Of a stretch of DNA of 64,000 nucleotides, positions 18,846 to 29,050 are shown piece after piece. The stretch comes from Thermodesulfobacteriota bacterium (GTDB lineage: Bacteria > Desulfobacterota_D > UBA1144 > Nemesobacterales > CSP1-2): NCBI GenBank assembly GCA_036397855.1, contig DASWID010000128.1, positions 10,747 through 74,746 on the forward strand, read 5' to 3'. The translations under genes were made by a program, and so were the position numbers. Under the pieces are notes generated by a model. It saw only the letters and a program-made list of their open reading frames with translations, was not told the DNA's origin and ran no database searches. Positions within the stretch are counted from its first letter, which is position 1. Each line of letters begins with the position of its first letter.

Positions 18846-19783
18846 GCGAAACCGAAACTGCATTTAGACGGATGAAGGATTTGCCCTCCACACACCTGCT
18901 GGGTACTGGAACCCCTATGTGCGCCGGTTGCGGTGGGTTACAGGCGCTTCACGTGATCTATGACATCCTGGGTGGAAAGACTGTATTTGTAAATGCCGCA
19001 GGCTGCATGACACTACTATCCGTTTATCCATTCACACCGTTTAGGGGCTCCTGGCTATACACGTCTATGGCTTCTGCGCCCGCTGGAGCGCAGGGGATTC
19101 GTGATGCGTTGGATATTCTGTTGGAACAAAATCGTATTACGCCCGAAGAGGATCTGGATGTCGTGGTGCTGACAGGTGATGGTGCTGCCTATGGAATGGG
19201 ACTCTCTGCCACATCAGGCGCTATGGAACGGGATCTGGATTTTATTTACATCTGTTACGACAATGAGGGATATGGCAACACTGGGCAACAGTACTCTGGT
19301 GCAACACCGCATGCGGCAAGGACGGCAACAAGCAAAGGTCCCCGCGGTTTTGTCGGATACAAGAAGGACTTGTTTTCCATATGGGCTGCGCATAAGCCTG
19401 CCTACTTGGCAACTGTAATAGGCAGCGAGCCAGTTGACCTTGCGCGTAAAATTGAAAAGGTTAAGGACTTAAGAGGCCCTCGTATGATAATTACCCTTGC
19501 ACCTTGCCCAACAGGTTGGGATTTCGATCCGAGCGAGAGTATAGAGATTGGAAAGCTTGCTGTAAAAACAGGCGTGTGGCCTTTAAAAGAATACGTGAAT
19601 GGTAAAGTGGTACACACGAAAAAGCCCTATCCGAGAATACCTATTGAAGAGTATTTGAGGAGACAGGGGAGGTTTGCCCACCTGTTTAAACCAGAGCGAA
19701 ACGAGAGATTGCTCGCAGAGCTTCAGGCAAAGGTAGATGAGTATTGGGAAGACTTAGAGAGAAGCTCATTCGGTACCAGTTGA
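18842..19783 (+). CDS. 2-oxoacid:ferredoxin oxidoreductase beta subunit (TPP-binding)
   Basis: Cys cluster CAGCGG...C and TPP motif TGDGAAYGMG. Confidence 0.8.
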   Translation: MSETETAFRRMKDLPSTHLLGTGTPMCAGCGGLQALHVIYDILGGKTVFVNAAGCMTLLSVYPFTPFRGSWLYTSMASAPAGAQGIRDALDILLEQNRITPEEDLDVVVLTGDGAAYGMGLSATSGAMERDLDFIYICYDNEGYGNTGQQYSGATPHAARTATSKGPRGFVGYKKDLFSIWAAHKPAYLATVIGSEPVDLARKIEKVKDLRGPRMIITLAPCPTGWDFDPSESIEIGKLAVKTGVWPLKEYVNGKVVHTKKPYPRIPIEEYLRRQGRFAHLFKPERNERLLAELQAKVDEYWEDLERSSFGTS

Positions 19784-21531
19784 CAAAGGGGATTGCCAGA
19801 CAATTATCTACAACCCATATGACAGGTACGCTAAAAAGCTATTTCCATCGAGGCGGTCTTGAGCCGCTGCTCGGTGCCACCATCCCTGAGCATTTTGCAG
19901 ATGTGGTGAAACGATTTTCAGATCGAGAAGCAGTCGTCTCGATACTCCAGAATCAACGATTAACCTATGCACAGCTTGCAAACGCTGTAGATAACCTAGC
20001 GCGTGGGCTTTTGGGCATTGGTTTCAATAAAGGTGATCGAATTGGCATCTGGTCTACCAACAATATTGAATGGTTGTTGTTACAAATGGCTACCGCGAGC
20101 ATAGGTGCTATCCTGGTCAACATAAATCCGGCCAATCGTAGCCGAGAATTGGCCCATGCCCTTAAGCTTGCTAATGTGCAGGGTCTATTTCTGATCCCAA
20201 AATTTCGCACCAGTGATTACGTGTCCATGATTATAGAGCTTATCCCGGAACTTGAATCCAAGACTCCCGGGAAGTGGAAGAACGAGGATTTCCCAGCTAT
20301 GAGAAGTGTAGTTATTTACAACCCGGATGACGCCGATGGAACAGAGCGCCCATACGCCGGTTTTCTCACCTGGTGGGAAGTGCTTGCCGAGGGCGGAAAG
20401 GTAACAATTGAGAGGCTTCGGGCGGCGACAGAATTACTTGACCGCGACGACCCAATTAATATCCAGTATACATCGGGTACCACCGGTTTCCCCAAGGCTG
20501 TTGTCCTGACCCATCACAACATCCTTAATAATGCTTATTTCTCCTCTCTTGCGATGCATTTTACCGAGACTGACCGTCTCGTGGTACCCATTCCATTCTA
20601 TCATTGCTTTGGCATGGTACTTGCCAATTTGCTTTGTTTGTCTGTAGGCGGCTGCATCGTGATCCCCAGTGAGCATTTTGATGCGCTATCTGTACTCAGA
20701 GGGGTAGAACAGGAGAGGTGTACGGCCATACACGGGGTACCGACCATGTTCATCGCCGAACTGGAGGATCCCCAATTCAAAGAGTTTGATCTATCTAGCC
20801 TCAGAACTGGAATAATGGCGGGTGCCCCTTGCCAGCCGGCCCTTATGAAGCGTGTTATGGAGGATATGCATTGCAGTGAAATACTTATAGGTTATGGAGA
20901 AACCGAGGCTTCACCGATCACGCATTTAACCACACGTGATGATACATTAGAGCGGCGCACTGAGACCGTAGGTAGAAACTTGCCGCATCAGGAGGTCAAG
21001 GTGGTAGATCTTGATACTGGACGGACCCTGCCACTTGGTGAGGTTGGTGAGATCTGTTTCCGCGGGTACCACGTTATGCTCGGGTATTATGGAGATGAGG
21101 AATCAACCCGTAAAGCCATTGACGATCATGGTTGGCTGCATTCCGGTGATCTGGGTACACTGGATTCCGAGGGTTACGTGCAAATTACAGGAAGGTTGAA
21201 GGAAATGATTATTCGCGGGGGGGAAAATATCTATCCAAGAGAGATTGAAGACTATATCTTTACTCACCCAAAAGTGGCGGAAGTTGCTGTGTTTGGGGTG
21301 CCGGATGAATATTACGGCGAAGAGGTGATGGCATGGATTAAGCTACACGAGGGACAAACGGCAACCGAGAATGAACTGAGGGGATTTTGCAAGGGTAAGA
21401 TTGCTCACTTCAAGATACCTAAATATATCTGGTTTGTGGAGGAATTTCCCATGACAGTAACCGGTAAGCTCCAAAAGTTTCGCATGCGAGAAATCGCGAT
21501 GGAAAAACTGGAGAAACGGAAAATGAAATGA
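19744..21531 (+). CDS. AMP-forming acyl-CoA synthetase / fatty-acid CoA ligase
   Basis: AMP-binding signature YTSGTTGFPKAV and the GYGETE and GWLHSGDLG motifs. The true start is probably the ATG near 19819. Confidence 0.8.
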   Translation: MGRLREKLIRYQLTKGIARQLSTTHMTGTLKSYFHRGGLEPLLGATIPEHFADVVKRFSDREAVVSILQNQRLTYAQLANAVDNLARGLLGIGFNKGDRIGIWSTNNIEWLLLQMATASIGAILVNINPANRSRELAHALKLANVQGLFLIPKFRTSDYVSMIIELIPELESKTPGKWKNEDFPAMRSVVIYNPDDADGTERPYAGFLTWWEVLAEGGKVTIERLRAATELLDRDDPINIQYTSGTTGFPKAVVLTHHNILNNAYFSSLAMHFTETDRLVVPIPFYHCFGMVLANLLCLSVGGCIVIPSEHFDALSVLRGVEQERCTAIHGVPTMFIAELEDPQFKEFDLSSLRTGIMAGAPCQPALMKRVMEDMHCSEILIGYGETEASPITHLTTRDDTLERRTETVGRNLPHQEVKVVDLDTGRTLPLGEVGEICFRGYHVMLGYYGDEESTRKAIDDHGWLHSGDLGTLDSEGYVQITGRLKEMIIRGGENIYPREIEDYIFTHPKVAEVAVFGVPDEYYGEEVMAWIKLHEGQTATENELRGFCKGKIAHFKIPKYIWFVEEFPMTVTGKLQKFRMREIAMEKLEKRKMK

Positions 21532-21775
21532 AACGTTGTAACACAAGAACAGATTGATTTGGCAATAACTGATAACACGACTGAACTCCCATACTACCTT
21601 AGATCAACTTCGTAAGAGGAGCGGGAATAGGCTTAATTTTCGGCAGGAATAGGGTTACCTTGGGATGAAGTCTATATACGGATATAGGCAAGTATTAGAG
21701 TGCCCTTAGTGAATGATGAAATTATTCAGGCAACTGCCAATCAAAATTCTGACCTAATTCAATTACTTTAGACCC

Positions 21776-22915
21776 TTACGCTCTAGCAACACGATCGTAA
21801 TCTGTAACAGATGGAATGTTTGCCTTCTCAATCTTAACCTTTGAAAATGCTTGTATTCTCTTAAACTCGGTATATTGCCAGTGAGTAATAAAGGTGATGG
21901 CCATGCCTTCCTTACCGGCTCTACCTGTTCTTCCTATTCTGTGTATATAGCTTTCGGGATCTTGAGGAATATCATAGTTTACTACGTGCGTAATACCACT
22001 AACGTCGAGCCCTCTTGCAGCGACATCGGTGGCAATTAGAATATCAACCTGTCCGTTTCTAAAGAGCCTCATAACCTTTTCTCGCTCTCTTTGAGAATAA
22101 TCCCCATGAAGCCCTCGGACTTTATAACCCTTTCTGTTAAGTGCAGTCGCCAGATCATCTACACCTGTCTTAGTCTTACGGAATACAAGAAGTAACCCGT
22201 CCAATTCTGAATCAATTAATCTGCAGAGGACATTAAACTTATCGAACTCCGTAACAACATAAAACTTATGACTGGTTTGGGGAACCGTAGGCGTATCTTT
22301 TGAGATCTTTACCTCTACCGGGTCCTTCATATAACGTTTTGCCAGCCAAGAGATCTCTGCTGGAATTGTGGCCGAGAACATCATTCTCTGACAGTTTTTC
22401 GGGATTTGGGCAAGGATAAACTTCATGTCGTCGATAAATCCCATATCGAGCATCCGGTCCGCTTCATCCAGTACAGCAAAACGTACGGACTGGAGGTTTA
22501 ACGTACCGCGCCTTATATGATCAATGACCCTCCCGGGGGTTCCCACCACGATATGAACTCCTTTCCTGAGCTGAGCCAGCTGTTTACCTATAGGCTGACC
22601 ACCATAAACGGGAATTACATACGTCTTCTTATGTTTTCCTATTTTTTCAAATTCCTTTGCGACCTGAAGCGCTAGCTCTCTGGTCGGAGTGAGCACTATT
22701 GCCTGAACCACCTTTTCCGAAGGATTGATCTTTTCAACAATCGGTATGGCAAAGGCGAACGTCTTGCCGGTGCCAGTCTGAGCCTGGCCTATTAAATCCC
22801 TTCCACTTAGAAGCTGTGGAATTGATTCCTGCTGAACAGGGGTGGGAGTGCTTAGTCCAATCTCCCTTATTGCCTTGGAAACGCCTTCTGATAAATAAAA
22901 TTCTTCAAACTTCAA
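21776..22915 (-). CDS. DEAD-box ATP-dependent RNA helicase
   Basis: Q-motif, Walker A AQTGTGKT, DEAD (VLDEADRM), SAT and HRIGRTGR motifs. Confidence 0.85.
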   Translation of the reverse strand: MKFEEFYLSEGVSKAIREIGLSTPTPVQQESIPQLLSGRDLIGQAQTGTGKTFAFAIPIVEKINPSEKVVQAIVLTPTRELALQVAKEFEKIGKHKKTYVIPVYGGQPIGKQLAQLRKGVHIVVGTPGRVIDHIRRGTLNLQSVRFAVLDEADRMLDMGFIDDMKFILAQIPKNCQRMMFSATIPAEISWLAKRYMKDPVEVKISKDTPTVPQTSHKFYVVTEFDKFNVLCRLIDSELDGLLLVFRKTKTGVDDLATALNRKGYKVRGLHGDYSQREREKVMRLFRNGQVDILIATDVAARGLDVSGITHVVNYDIPQDPESYIHRIGRTGRAGKEGMAITFITHWQYTEFKRIQAFSKVKIEKANIPSVTDYDRVARA

Positions 22916-23189
22916 CTTAAACCTCCAACTTGGTCCAATAACTGGACACTTATGATTTTTTTGTCTTTTCAGTTATTCGTCCAAGGAGGGGAAAATAAGT
23001 CTTCTTTTTGTTTGGAGAGTAATGCCGGTTACCCTAGAAGAAGAAACTATTTACCTACGAAGCCGACAACTTTATATAGACTTTAGACATAAAGTGTACC
23101 TAAGAACCTGTAGATTTACAAATGGAGGGTTTAAAAAAGAGGGGAAAGACATCATCTTTGCTAAAATGTCTGGAACCTATCTATGATAT

Positions 23190-23477
23190 TTAACGATTAT
23201 TGAAAAAATGAAGTCTCCGGTTGTGAGGATTATTGAAATGATTTTTTTGAAAATGATGTCCGTGATGTCCCTGATTTAATTTGTGTACAAAGAGATGATT
23301 GCCATGTTGCTGTATTATGTAGTGGCCGTGGTTGAGGCTATAGTGGATTGCGCTGGGACTTGTACTGAAACCCCATTGACTACCGTTAGAAAATAGAAAA
23401 TCATCCGCAAAGCTGAAAAGTGGAATTGAGAGCATCGGGAAGAAGCTAACTATCGGAATTGCTATCAATCTCTTCAT
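23190..23477 (-). CDS. small secreted His-rich protein (putative periplasmic metal-binding)
   Basis: Signal peptide MKRLIAIPIVSFFPMLSIPLFSFA followed by a tail with about 14 His in 45 aa (HGHYIIQQHGNHLFVHKLNQGHHGHHFQKNHF...). GGAGGT RBS. Confidence 0.55.
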   Translation of the reverse strand: MKRLIAIPIVSFFPMLSIPLFSFADDFLFSNGSQWGFSTSPSAIHYSLNHGHYIIQQHGNHLFVHKLNQGHHGHHFQKNHFNNPHNRRLHFFNNR

Positions 23478-23595
23478 ATTCGCCTACCTCCAAATTTGAT
23501 CTTTATATATATTAATTTTGTGTTACAAAAATAGTTTCACGTTTGAAGTTTTAATCATAAAAAAGCTAGCTACCGACTCCAATAGCCATTATACT

Positions 23596-24597
23596 TCATC
23601 TCCACAAGTCTACTACAACTCTTCCTTTTTGCTTTCCCTGCAACATGAGTTCTATATTAGTGCCCAATTCCTCCAATGAAATCTCAGAAGTCAGCTGACT
23701 AAGCTTCTCCAGTTTCCATTCGTTTGCAATTTTTTGCCACACTTTCTTGCGCAAATCTATCGGACAGTTCGCAGAATCTATACCCACGAGGCTAATACCT
23801 CTCAGAATAAAAGGGTACACATTCGTATTCAGTTCATGAGAAGCAACATTGCCGCAACACGTGACAATCCCTCCAGGTTTAGTAGATTTAATTGCAGTTG
23901 CTAAAATGTCTCCACCCACAGCGTCGATGACTCCCGCCCAGCGACCCTTCAGAAGCGGTCTACTCGTCGTATCTCTTGCTTCATCTCTACTTATTACTTC
24001 TTTTGCTCCCAGGTCCATAAGAAAATTCCTTTCGTCTAACTTACCTGTTGATGCAACCGCCTGATAACCGACTTTAGCAAGGATGGCAACTGCGATACTA
24101 CCAACTCCACCCGTTGCGCCTGTAACCAATATTTCCCCACTTTCGGGATCGATCCCATGTTCTTGAATCTTAAAAACGGAAAGGGCTGCGGTGAATCCGG
24201 CCGTACCATAAACCATACTTTCTTTTAAAGTTAGCCCGCTTGGAAGTTTCACAATCCAATCAGCCGGAACTCTTATGTATTGCCCGAACCCCCCCGACGT
24301 ATCCATGCCCAAGTCGTAGCCATGTACAATGACTTCTTCACCAGGCTCAAAATCAGTTCTCTTACTCTTCTCGACGATTCCAGAAGCATCAACCCCCGGC
24401 GTGTGTGGATAATTTTTTGTAACACCTTTATTCCCAATCGCAGAAAGCGCATCTTTATAATTCAAAGACGAATATTTAACCTGGATCAATACATCTCCTT
24501 CAGGTAGTTCATCTATAGACTTTTCGGTGATTTCTCTTATATACTTTTTATCATGAGTTTCTCTAACGACCATAGCCTTGAATTTTTGTATACTCAA
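23596..24597 (-). CDS. YhdH/AcuI-type quinone oxidoreductase (MDR superfamily)
   Basis: N-terminal MSIQKFKAMVV...GDVLIQVKYSSLNYKDAL and the GATGGVGS NADPH motif. Confidence 0.8.
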   Translation of the reverse strand: MSIQKFKAMVVRETHDKKYIREITEKSIDELPEGDVLIQVKYSSLNYKDALSAIGNKGVTKNYPHTPGVDASGIVEKSKRTDFEPGEEVIVHGYDLGMDTSGGFGQYIRVPADWIVKLPSGLTLKESMVYGTAGFTAALSVFKIQEHGIDPESGEILVTGATGGVGSIAVAILAKVGYQAVASTGKLDERNFLMDLGAKEVISRDEARDTTSRPLLKGRWAGVIDAVGGDILATAIKSTKPGGIVTCCGNVASHELNTNVYPFILRGISLVGIDSANCPIDLRKKVWQKIANEWKLEKLSQLTSEISLEELGTNIELMLQGKQKGRVVVDLWR

Positions 24598-25097
24598 CTC
24601 ACATGTCCTCCTTCAGATATTTTTGAAATTAAAATTCTATTTACTATCAGGGAATTTTAGCATAAAATGAAAAAATAATAGGTAATACTTCATTTTGTTT
24701 GTTGCATCCGCCGGTTGATTGGTAGAATTTAAATTATAAATTTAAATGTGGTAAGTAATGAGAATAAAAGCTCATTATATAACCACTTCAGCGTTTGACA
24801 GAGTTAGTCCTGAACCTTAGGGTCTTCAGTAATTAAGTGATATTTAAATTTAACGGATTAAAAGAGGGTAGGGTGGAGAACAGAAAAGCTTGTTTTATAA
24901 ATTACTTTATCCATAGTGATCGATTTTGTTTTCACTTCTTTTTATGCATGGTTTTTGGTTATCTTTTCTTACAAAATAAACCAGATGTATGGGTTGGGAA
25001 GAATATTGATCTGGATTCGTGGTAGAGGATGGTATCCATTTATGGCTAAGTTAACTATGCAGTGATAAACTAGAATTAAAGATAAGGAGGTGTTATC

Positions 25098-25619
25098 ATG
25101 GCAGGAAAAGAAAACCTTAATAATCCAAGGAGAAAAGTTAAATTAGATAGAAGCACTCTTCATGAAATGATCGAGAAAAAGGCATACGAGATTTATGAAA
25201 AAAGAGGTAAAGAACATGGCAAAGCTCTGGATGACTGGGTCGAGGCAGAGATGGAAGTTAAAAATAACATGGTGTGTGATCCCAAAACAATGGAGAACAT
25301 TAGTGGAGAAGTGATAAGCATTGAGAGAATTACTCTAATTAAGAAAATGTTCCATGGGGTACATATGACAGTAAAAACGGATAACGAAATAATCTCTGTT
25401 CACTTGGGTCCTGGATGGTATATTGATAGGCAAGATATCAAGATTGAACCAAAAGGTAAAGTTGAGGTTAAAGGTTCCAGAATTAATTGTGAAGGAAGGA
25501 CGTCTATAATTGCAACCGAGGTGAAAAGGGGCAAGGAGTTTTTAAGACTTTGTAATGAAAATGGATTTCCGGTTTGGGTTGGCGCAAAAAAACATAAATT
25601 TGTAAGGCCATCGGACTAA
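25098..25619 (+). CDS. DUF2934 domain protein with an uncharacterised C-terminal domain
   Basis: KAYEIYEKRGKEHGKALDDWVEAE matches the DUF2934 signature. AAGGAGG RBS. Confidence 0.55.
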   Translation: MAGKENLNNPRRKVKLDRSTLHEMIEKKAYEIYEKRGKEHGKALDDWVEAEMEVKNNMVCDPKTMENISGEVISIERITLIKKMFHGVHMTVKTDNEIISVHLGPGWYIDRQDIKIEPKGKVEVKGSRINCEGRTSIIATEVKRGKEFLRLCNENGFPVWVGAKKHKFVRPSD

Positions 25620-25813
25620 GAAGCAATTATGCTTAAACAATCCAGACAGCCTTGTTCTACTCCCGAAAACTTGATTTGATGCCTTAGCTCTGCTTATCGC
25701 ATAGATTCCTTATTTCCTATGTTCAACTGATTCCAGACGTTATTTCAAGTAACAATAAGTCCGAATTTAGATTTTCAAGATTTGAAACTCAAGGTAGGTT
25801 TGTGTGTTTATAA

Positions 25814-26212
25814 CTAAGAACAACTGGATTTAGGCGAAATAGCTGCCGCAAAATCAAACCCCAAGATGCTGCTGATTAGGTTATTATATTCTAGAAGCTC
25901 GGCCATTAATTTTTGCTGTGATTGAGCCTGACGTTGTGTGACGGGGTGGGAATTTATCTTCTGCCTAAGATCTCTGATCCTATCGATATCTTCCTGAGCG
26001 AGAGTTTTCTGTGCTTGCTTAGAATGGAACTCTTGTGATAACCGTGCAAACTCCTTGCTCAGTCGGAGGAGCGCTGGGTTTGTTTCGAATTCCCTTTTTG
26101 AGTTATTAAATACCTTAACTGAATCAGAGTTATCCAGGTAGACAATCAATTCTTCGACAACTGATTTTAGGCGTTCGTCAATCATAGTCTTTCTCCCTGA
26201 TTTTAACAACAT
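25814..26212 (-). CDS. YlbF/YmcA (RicF/RicA)-like helical protein with Cys-containing C-terminus
   Basis: Paralog of 26203-26574: both end ...LGFDFA + Cys tail (SPKSSCS here). Overlaps its neighbour by about 10 nt. Confidence 0.55.
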   Translation of the reverse strand: MLLKSGRKTMIDERLKSVVEELIVYLDNSDSVKVFNNSKREFETNPALLRLSKEFARLSQEFHSKQAQKTLAQEDIDRIRDLRQKINSHPVTQRQAQSQQKLMAELLEYNNLISSILGFDFAAAISPKSSCS

Positions 26213-26574
26213 CCGCCTCCCGATTGCATCATACTGGCAAAATCAAAGCCTAGTCTACGGCTTATCAAGGCGTTTAACTCTCGAAGCATATGAAGCAATT
26301 CTTCCTGTGCCTGGAAATACTCTCTTAAGGTAGGATTACTAAGAAGCTCAACTCTCACTTGCTCAATAACTTTAAGGTCATCACTAGAGGCTCCGTTCCA
26401 CAAACTGATCATCTGATAAGATTGAAGCTTTTTATCATACTCTGTAAGCATGCGCCAGGCATTCTTATCATTGCGAATCTGATTCATCGCTTCTTCATAT
26501 CTCCGAAACTGAGTGGAATCCCCTACCGATATTGCAAACTCTTTTACAAGATTAAATCTTCTTGTTTCACTCAT
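26203..26574 (-). CDS. YlbF/YmcA (RicF/RicA)-like helical protein with Gly/Cys C-terminal tail
   Basis: About 120-aa helical protein ending RRLGFDFASMMQSGGGCC, resembling the B. subtilis YlbF Cys-rich C-terminus. Confidence 0.55.
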   Translation of the reverse strand: MSETRRFNLVKEFAISVGDSTQFRRYEEAMNQIRNDKNAWRMLTEYDKKLQSYQMISLWNGASSDDLKVIEQVRVELLSNPTLREYFQAQEELLHMLRELNALISRRLGFDFASMMQSGGGCC

Positions 26575-26600
26575 GATAAGTCGTCCTCTCTAAACTCAAT

Positions 26601-26978
26601 TTAACCTCTACTCCCAATCGGCATAACCTGAGAAATTCCCAGTTTCTCAAGCCCTTCTCTGATCACTCTTTCCGATAGCTTTCCACCGCTATGAATAAGC
26701 TTGCCATTTATTGTGATAATGGGTGGAGTAATCTGTTCTTTCCGTATTAATTCAAGAATCTCGGGAAATTCGAAGGATTCAGGAGAAAATATCTCAATAA
26801 ACTCTGTTTCCACACGGTGTCCGTATCTTTTATCCAGGCGCCTCGCAAGCATCTCAGAAGCGGCTTTCCACGTTTTGGATTCATCACATCCCTCGATAGG
26901 AAAAGCGAAAATACGAACCTTTACAATCCTGTCATTCTCCACAACTAGCAGCACCCCGCACCCGATAATGGCCCACAA
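26601..26978 (-). CDS. ArsD-like thioredoxin-fold protein (lacks the ArsD Cys12-Cys13 pair)
   Basis: The C-terminal half aligns with ArsD (VETEFIEIFSPESFEFPEILELI...ITINGKLIHSGGKL vs the ArsD VERYLLSQQGPKFIQNPQIL...VTLVNGKVV). The real start is probably the GTG just after the upstream stop at about 26950. Confidence 0.45.
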   Translation of the reverse strand: MWAIIGCGVLLVVENDRIVKVRIFAFPIEGCDESKTWKAASEMLARRLDKRYGHRVETEFIEIFSPESFEFPEILELIRKEQITPPIITINGKLIHSGGKLSERVIREGLEKLGISQVMPIGSRG

Positions 26979-27166
26979 CCGGGAGGCACGCCCCCTCTAG
27001 CTCCAGATTTACTGCCAATTCCAACGTTCACACTTCCCAATACCTGATAAGTATCGTCAGAATTGCACTTCGGACATACCGGTTTGATTCCTTTTTCCTT
27101 CTCCGCGAGTGTAGCCCACACGTCGAATGTTTCTCCGCAATTATTACATTCATATTCGTAAATCAC
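26945..27166 (-). CDS. FmdB-family zinc-ribbon protein with Gly/Cys-rich C-terminal tail
   Basis: CNNCG...CPKC zinc ribbon, with a tail ending ...GCGPLSGAGCC. Start overlaps the arsA stop. Confidence 0.6.
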   Translation of the reverse strand: MIYEYECNNCGETFDVWATLAEKEKGIKPVCPKCNSDDTYQVLGSVNVGIGSKSGARGGVPPGCGPLSGAGCC

Positions 27167-29046
27167 TTTGCTGCCTCCTTGTCTCTTTTAACTGGCTTTG
27201 ATCCAAATAATTCCTCGGCAGCACGCTTAATACTGTCAATCCCTCTTATCTCATCATCGGCAAGCGGCATTATTATCATAGGCAAATTGAAGAGCTCCTC
27301 TGCATGGAAAATATATTTTTCCTGCATCATACGGCGCCGAGTGAAGTATTCGTTCGTGCAGTATTCAGGCATTAGAACCTGATTGGCAACAACAAACTGA
27401 GTCGGTATGCCCGCTTCTTTTAAATCCTTCATTGCACGATAGGCTTCAATAACAGGAGTGGACTCAGGATAAAACACAAAAGCGAAGACCGAACGCTTCG
27501 GATCCTTCATCCTGTTTATGATGCGATTGAGACGCTTCTGTGTCTCTCCTTTTACCCCTTCGCTTTTCTCTGTTGTCGCCACCATCAAACCTACCTGCTC
27601 GCTGTAATCAAATGGAAGCTCAAGAAGCCTCAATGTATGACCGGTCGGAGCGGTATCAAATACGATTACATCGTACTCGTCGCTCTCTGCATAAGTCATG
27701 AACTTATCAAATGCAGCCATCTCTTCCGTACAGGGTGATTCCAGCTCCTCGCGAATTGCGACCAACATATCATCCGAGTATTTCGTACTTGCGTCTTCGA
27801 GAATTTTTTCCTTGTATTCTTCTACGGCCCTTTCCTGGTCAATGATAACAGCCCAGAGATTACCAACACCTTCCACCTTCTTGACAGTGTCCTCAATTTT
27901 CTGCTCAAGAACTTCGCCAATGTGCGAAGCGGGATCAGTAGTAAGGAGAAGTGTTTTATGTCCCCTGCTTGCCAGATGGAAAGCAGTTACGCACGATATA
28001 GTAGTTTTACCTACACCTCCCTTACCCGTAAAAAAGATCGATTTAGTCTGGCCTTGAGGAGTAATCAAATTCATCACCGATTCTGAATCCAAAGTATCAA
28101 AGCCTGTTTTTAACTCTGATCCGCTTTCATGCCCAAAGGAAAATCCGCCTACATCCCTATCATACTCGTAGAGGGAGTTTGAAATATTTTTAAGTCTTGC
28201 AATTCCCTTTATCTCACCATCTCTCTGATAAACGTGCTTTTTTGGCACAGGGAAAATCTCATTGATTTTTTTGAGGTGTTTTTGTTGCATTTCATAACGT
28301 TTATTAAAAAAGACATTCTCACAGACTTCCTCTGGAAGGATTCCGTTAACAATAAGCTCGATATTTTTAACACCGATTGTATTCAGCTCATCGGAGGACC
28401 TTATTGTCTCGTAAATTGATGTTTTATCTGGCTGCAAGACAAAAACGAATTTAGTTCGGCTCGGGTCAGCGAGAAGATTTATTGCCTCATCATACTTCTT
28501 TTTGTTTGCCTGAATATTCGCAACAGGTCCTACACACGTATTACCGCTTCCTTTGGCACTCTCCTCGATGTGCCTGCTCCAATCCAAAGGAAGCTCAAGC
28601 AAACGGATGGTGTGACCGGTAGGAGCAGTATCAAAAATCACAACATCATATTTCCCATTTCCCTCAGACGAGTCACCAGCTATAAAGTCAACGAAACGGT
28701 CAAACGAGGCTATCTCCGTAGTACAGGGTGAGTTGAACTGCTCTTCCAGGACTTTCATAACATCGTCAGGCATTACCCGACGCATAGGAGCGAGGATACG
28801 CTCGCGGTATTCTTCTGTCGCTTTGTCCGGGTCAATTTCCATTCCCCAAACATTTGGTATTCCAAGTGGTGTTATTTTATGTCCGATTTCCCTTTCAAAT
28901 ACATCAGCCAGATTCGAAGCGGGGTCGGTCGTAATGATCAGGGTTTTGAGACCGCTTTCTGCATAATGGACTGCTGTAGCGCAGGCCATCGTTGTCTTTC
29001 CAACACCTCCCTTGCCTGAAAAAAAGATATATTCCGTATTACGCAT
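27163..29046 (-). CDS. arsA: arsenical pump-driving ATPase ArsA (two-domain)
   Basis: Two P-loops (GKGGVGKTT), two DTAPTGHT signature motifs, and Cys residues matching the E. coli ArsA C113/C172/C422 positions (SPCTTEIASFD, NTCVGP, SPCTEEMAAFD). Confidence 0.85.
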   Translation of the reverse strand: MRNTEYIFFSGKGGVGKTTMACATAVHYAESGLKTLIITTDPASNLADVFEREIGHKITPLGIPNVWGMEIDPDKATEEYRERILAPMRRVMPDDVMKVLEEQFNSPCTTEIASFDRFVDFIAGDSSEGNGKYDVVIFDTAPTGHTIRLLELPLDWSRHIEESAKGSGNTCVGPVANIQANKKKYDEAINLLADPSRTKFVFVLQPDKTSIYETIRSSDELNTIGVKNIELIVNGILPEEVCENVFFNKRYEMQQKHLKKINEIFPVPKKHVYQRDGEIKGIARLKNISNSLYEYDRDVGGFSFGHESGSELKTGFDTLDSESVMNLITPQGQTKSIFFTGKGGVGKTTISCVTAFHLASRGHKTLLLTTDPASHIGEVLEQKIEDTVKKVEGVGNLWAVIIDQERAVEEYKEKILEDASTKYSDDMLVAIREELESPCTEEMAAFDKFMTYAESDEYDVIVFDTAPTGHTLRLLELPFDYSEQVGLMVATTEKSEGVKGETQKRLNRIINRMKDPKRSVFAFVFYPESTPVIEAYRAMKDLKEAGIPTQFVVANQVLMPEYCTNEYFTRRRMMQEKYIFHAEELFNLPMIIMPLADDEIRGIDSIKRAAEELFGSKPVKRDKEAAK

Positions 29047-29050
29047 TCAA

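Noticed and set aside
19744-19818. Upstream extension of the acyl-CoA synthetase ORF overlapping the porB 3' end
   Set aside because: The extension (MGRLREKLIRYQLTKGIARQLSTTH) overlaps porB in another frame and lacks conservation. The ATG near 19819 is the more plausible start.
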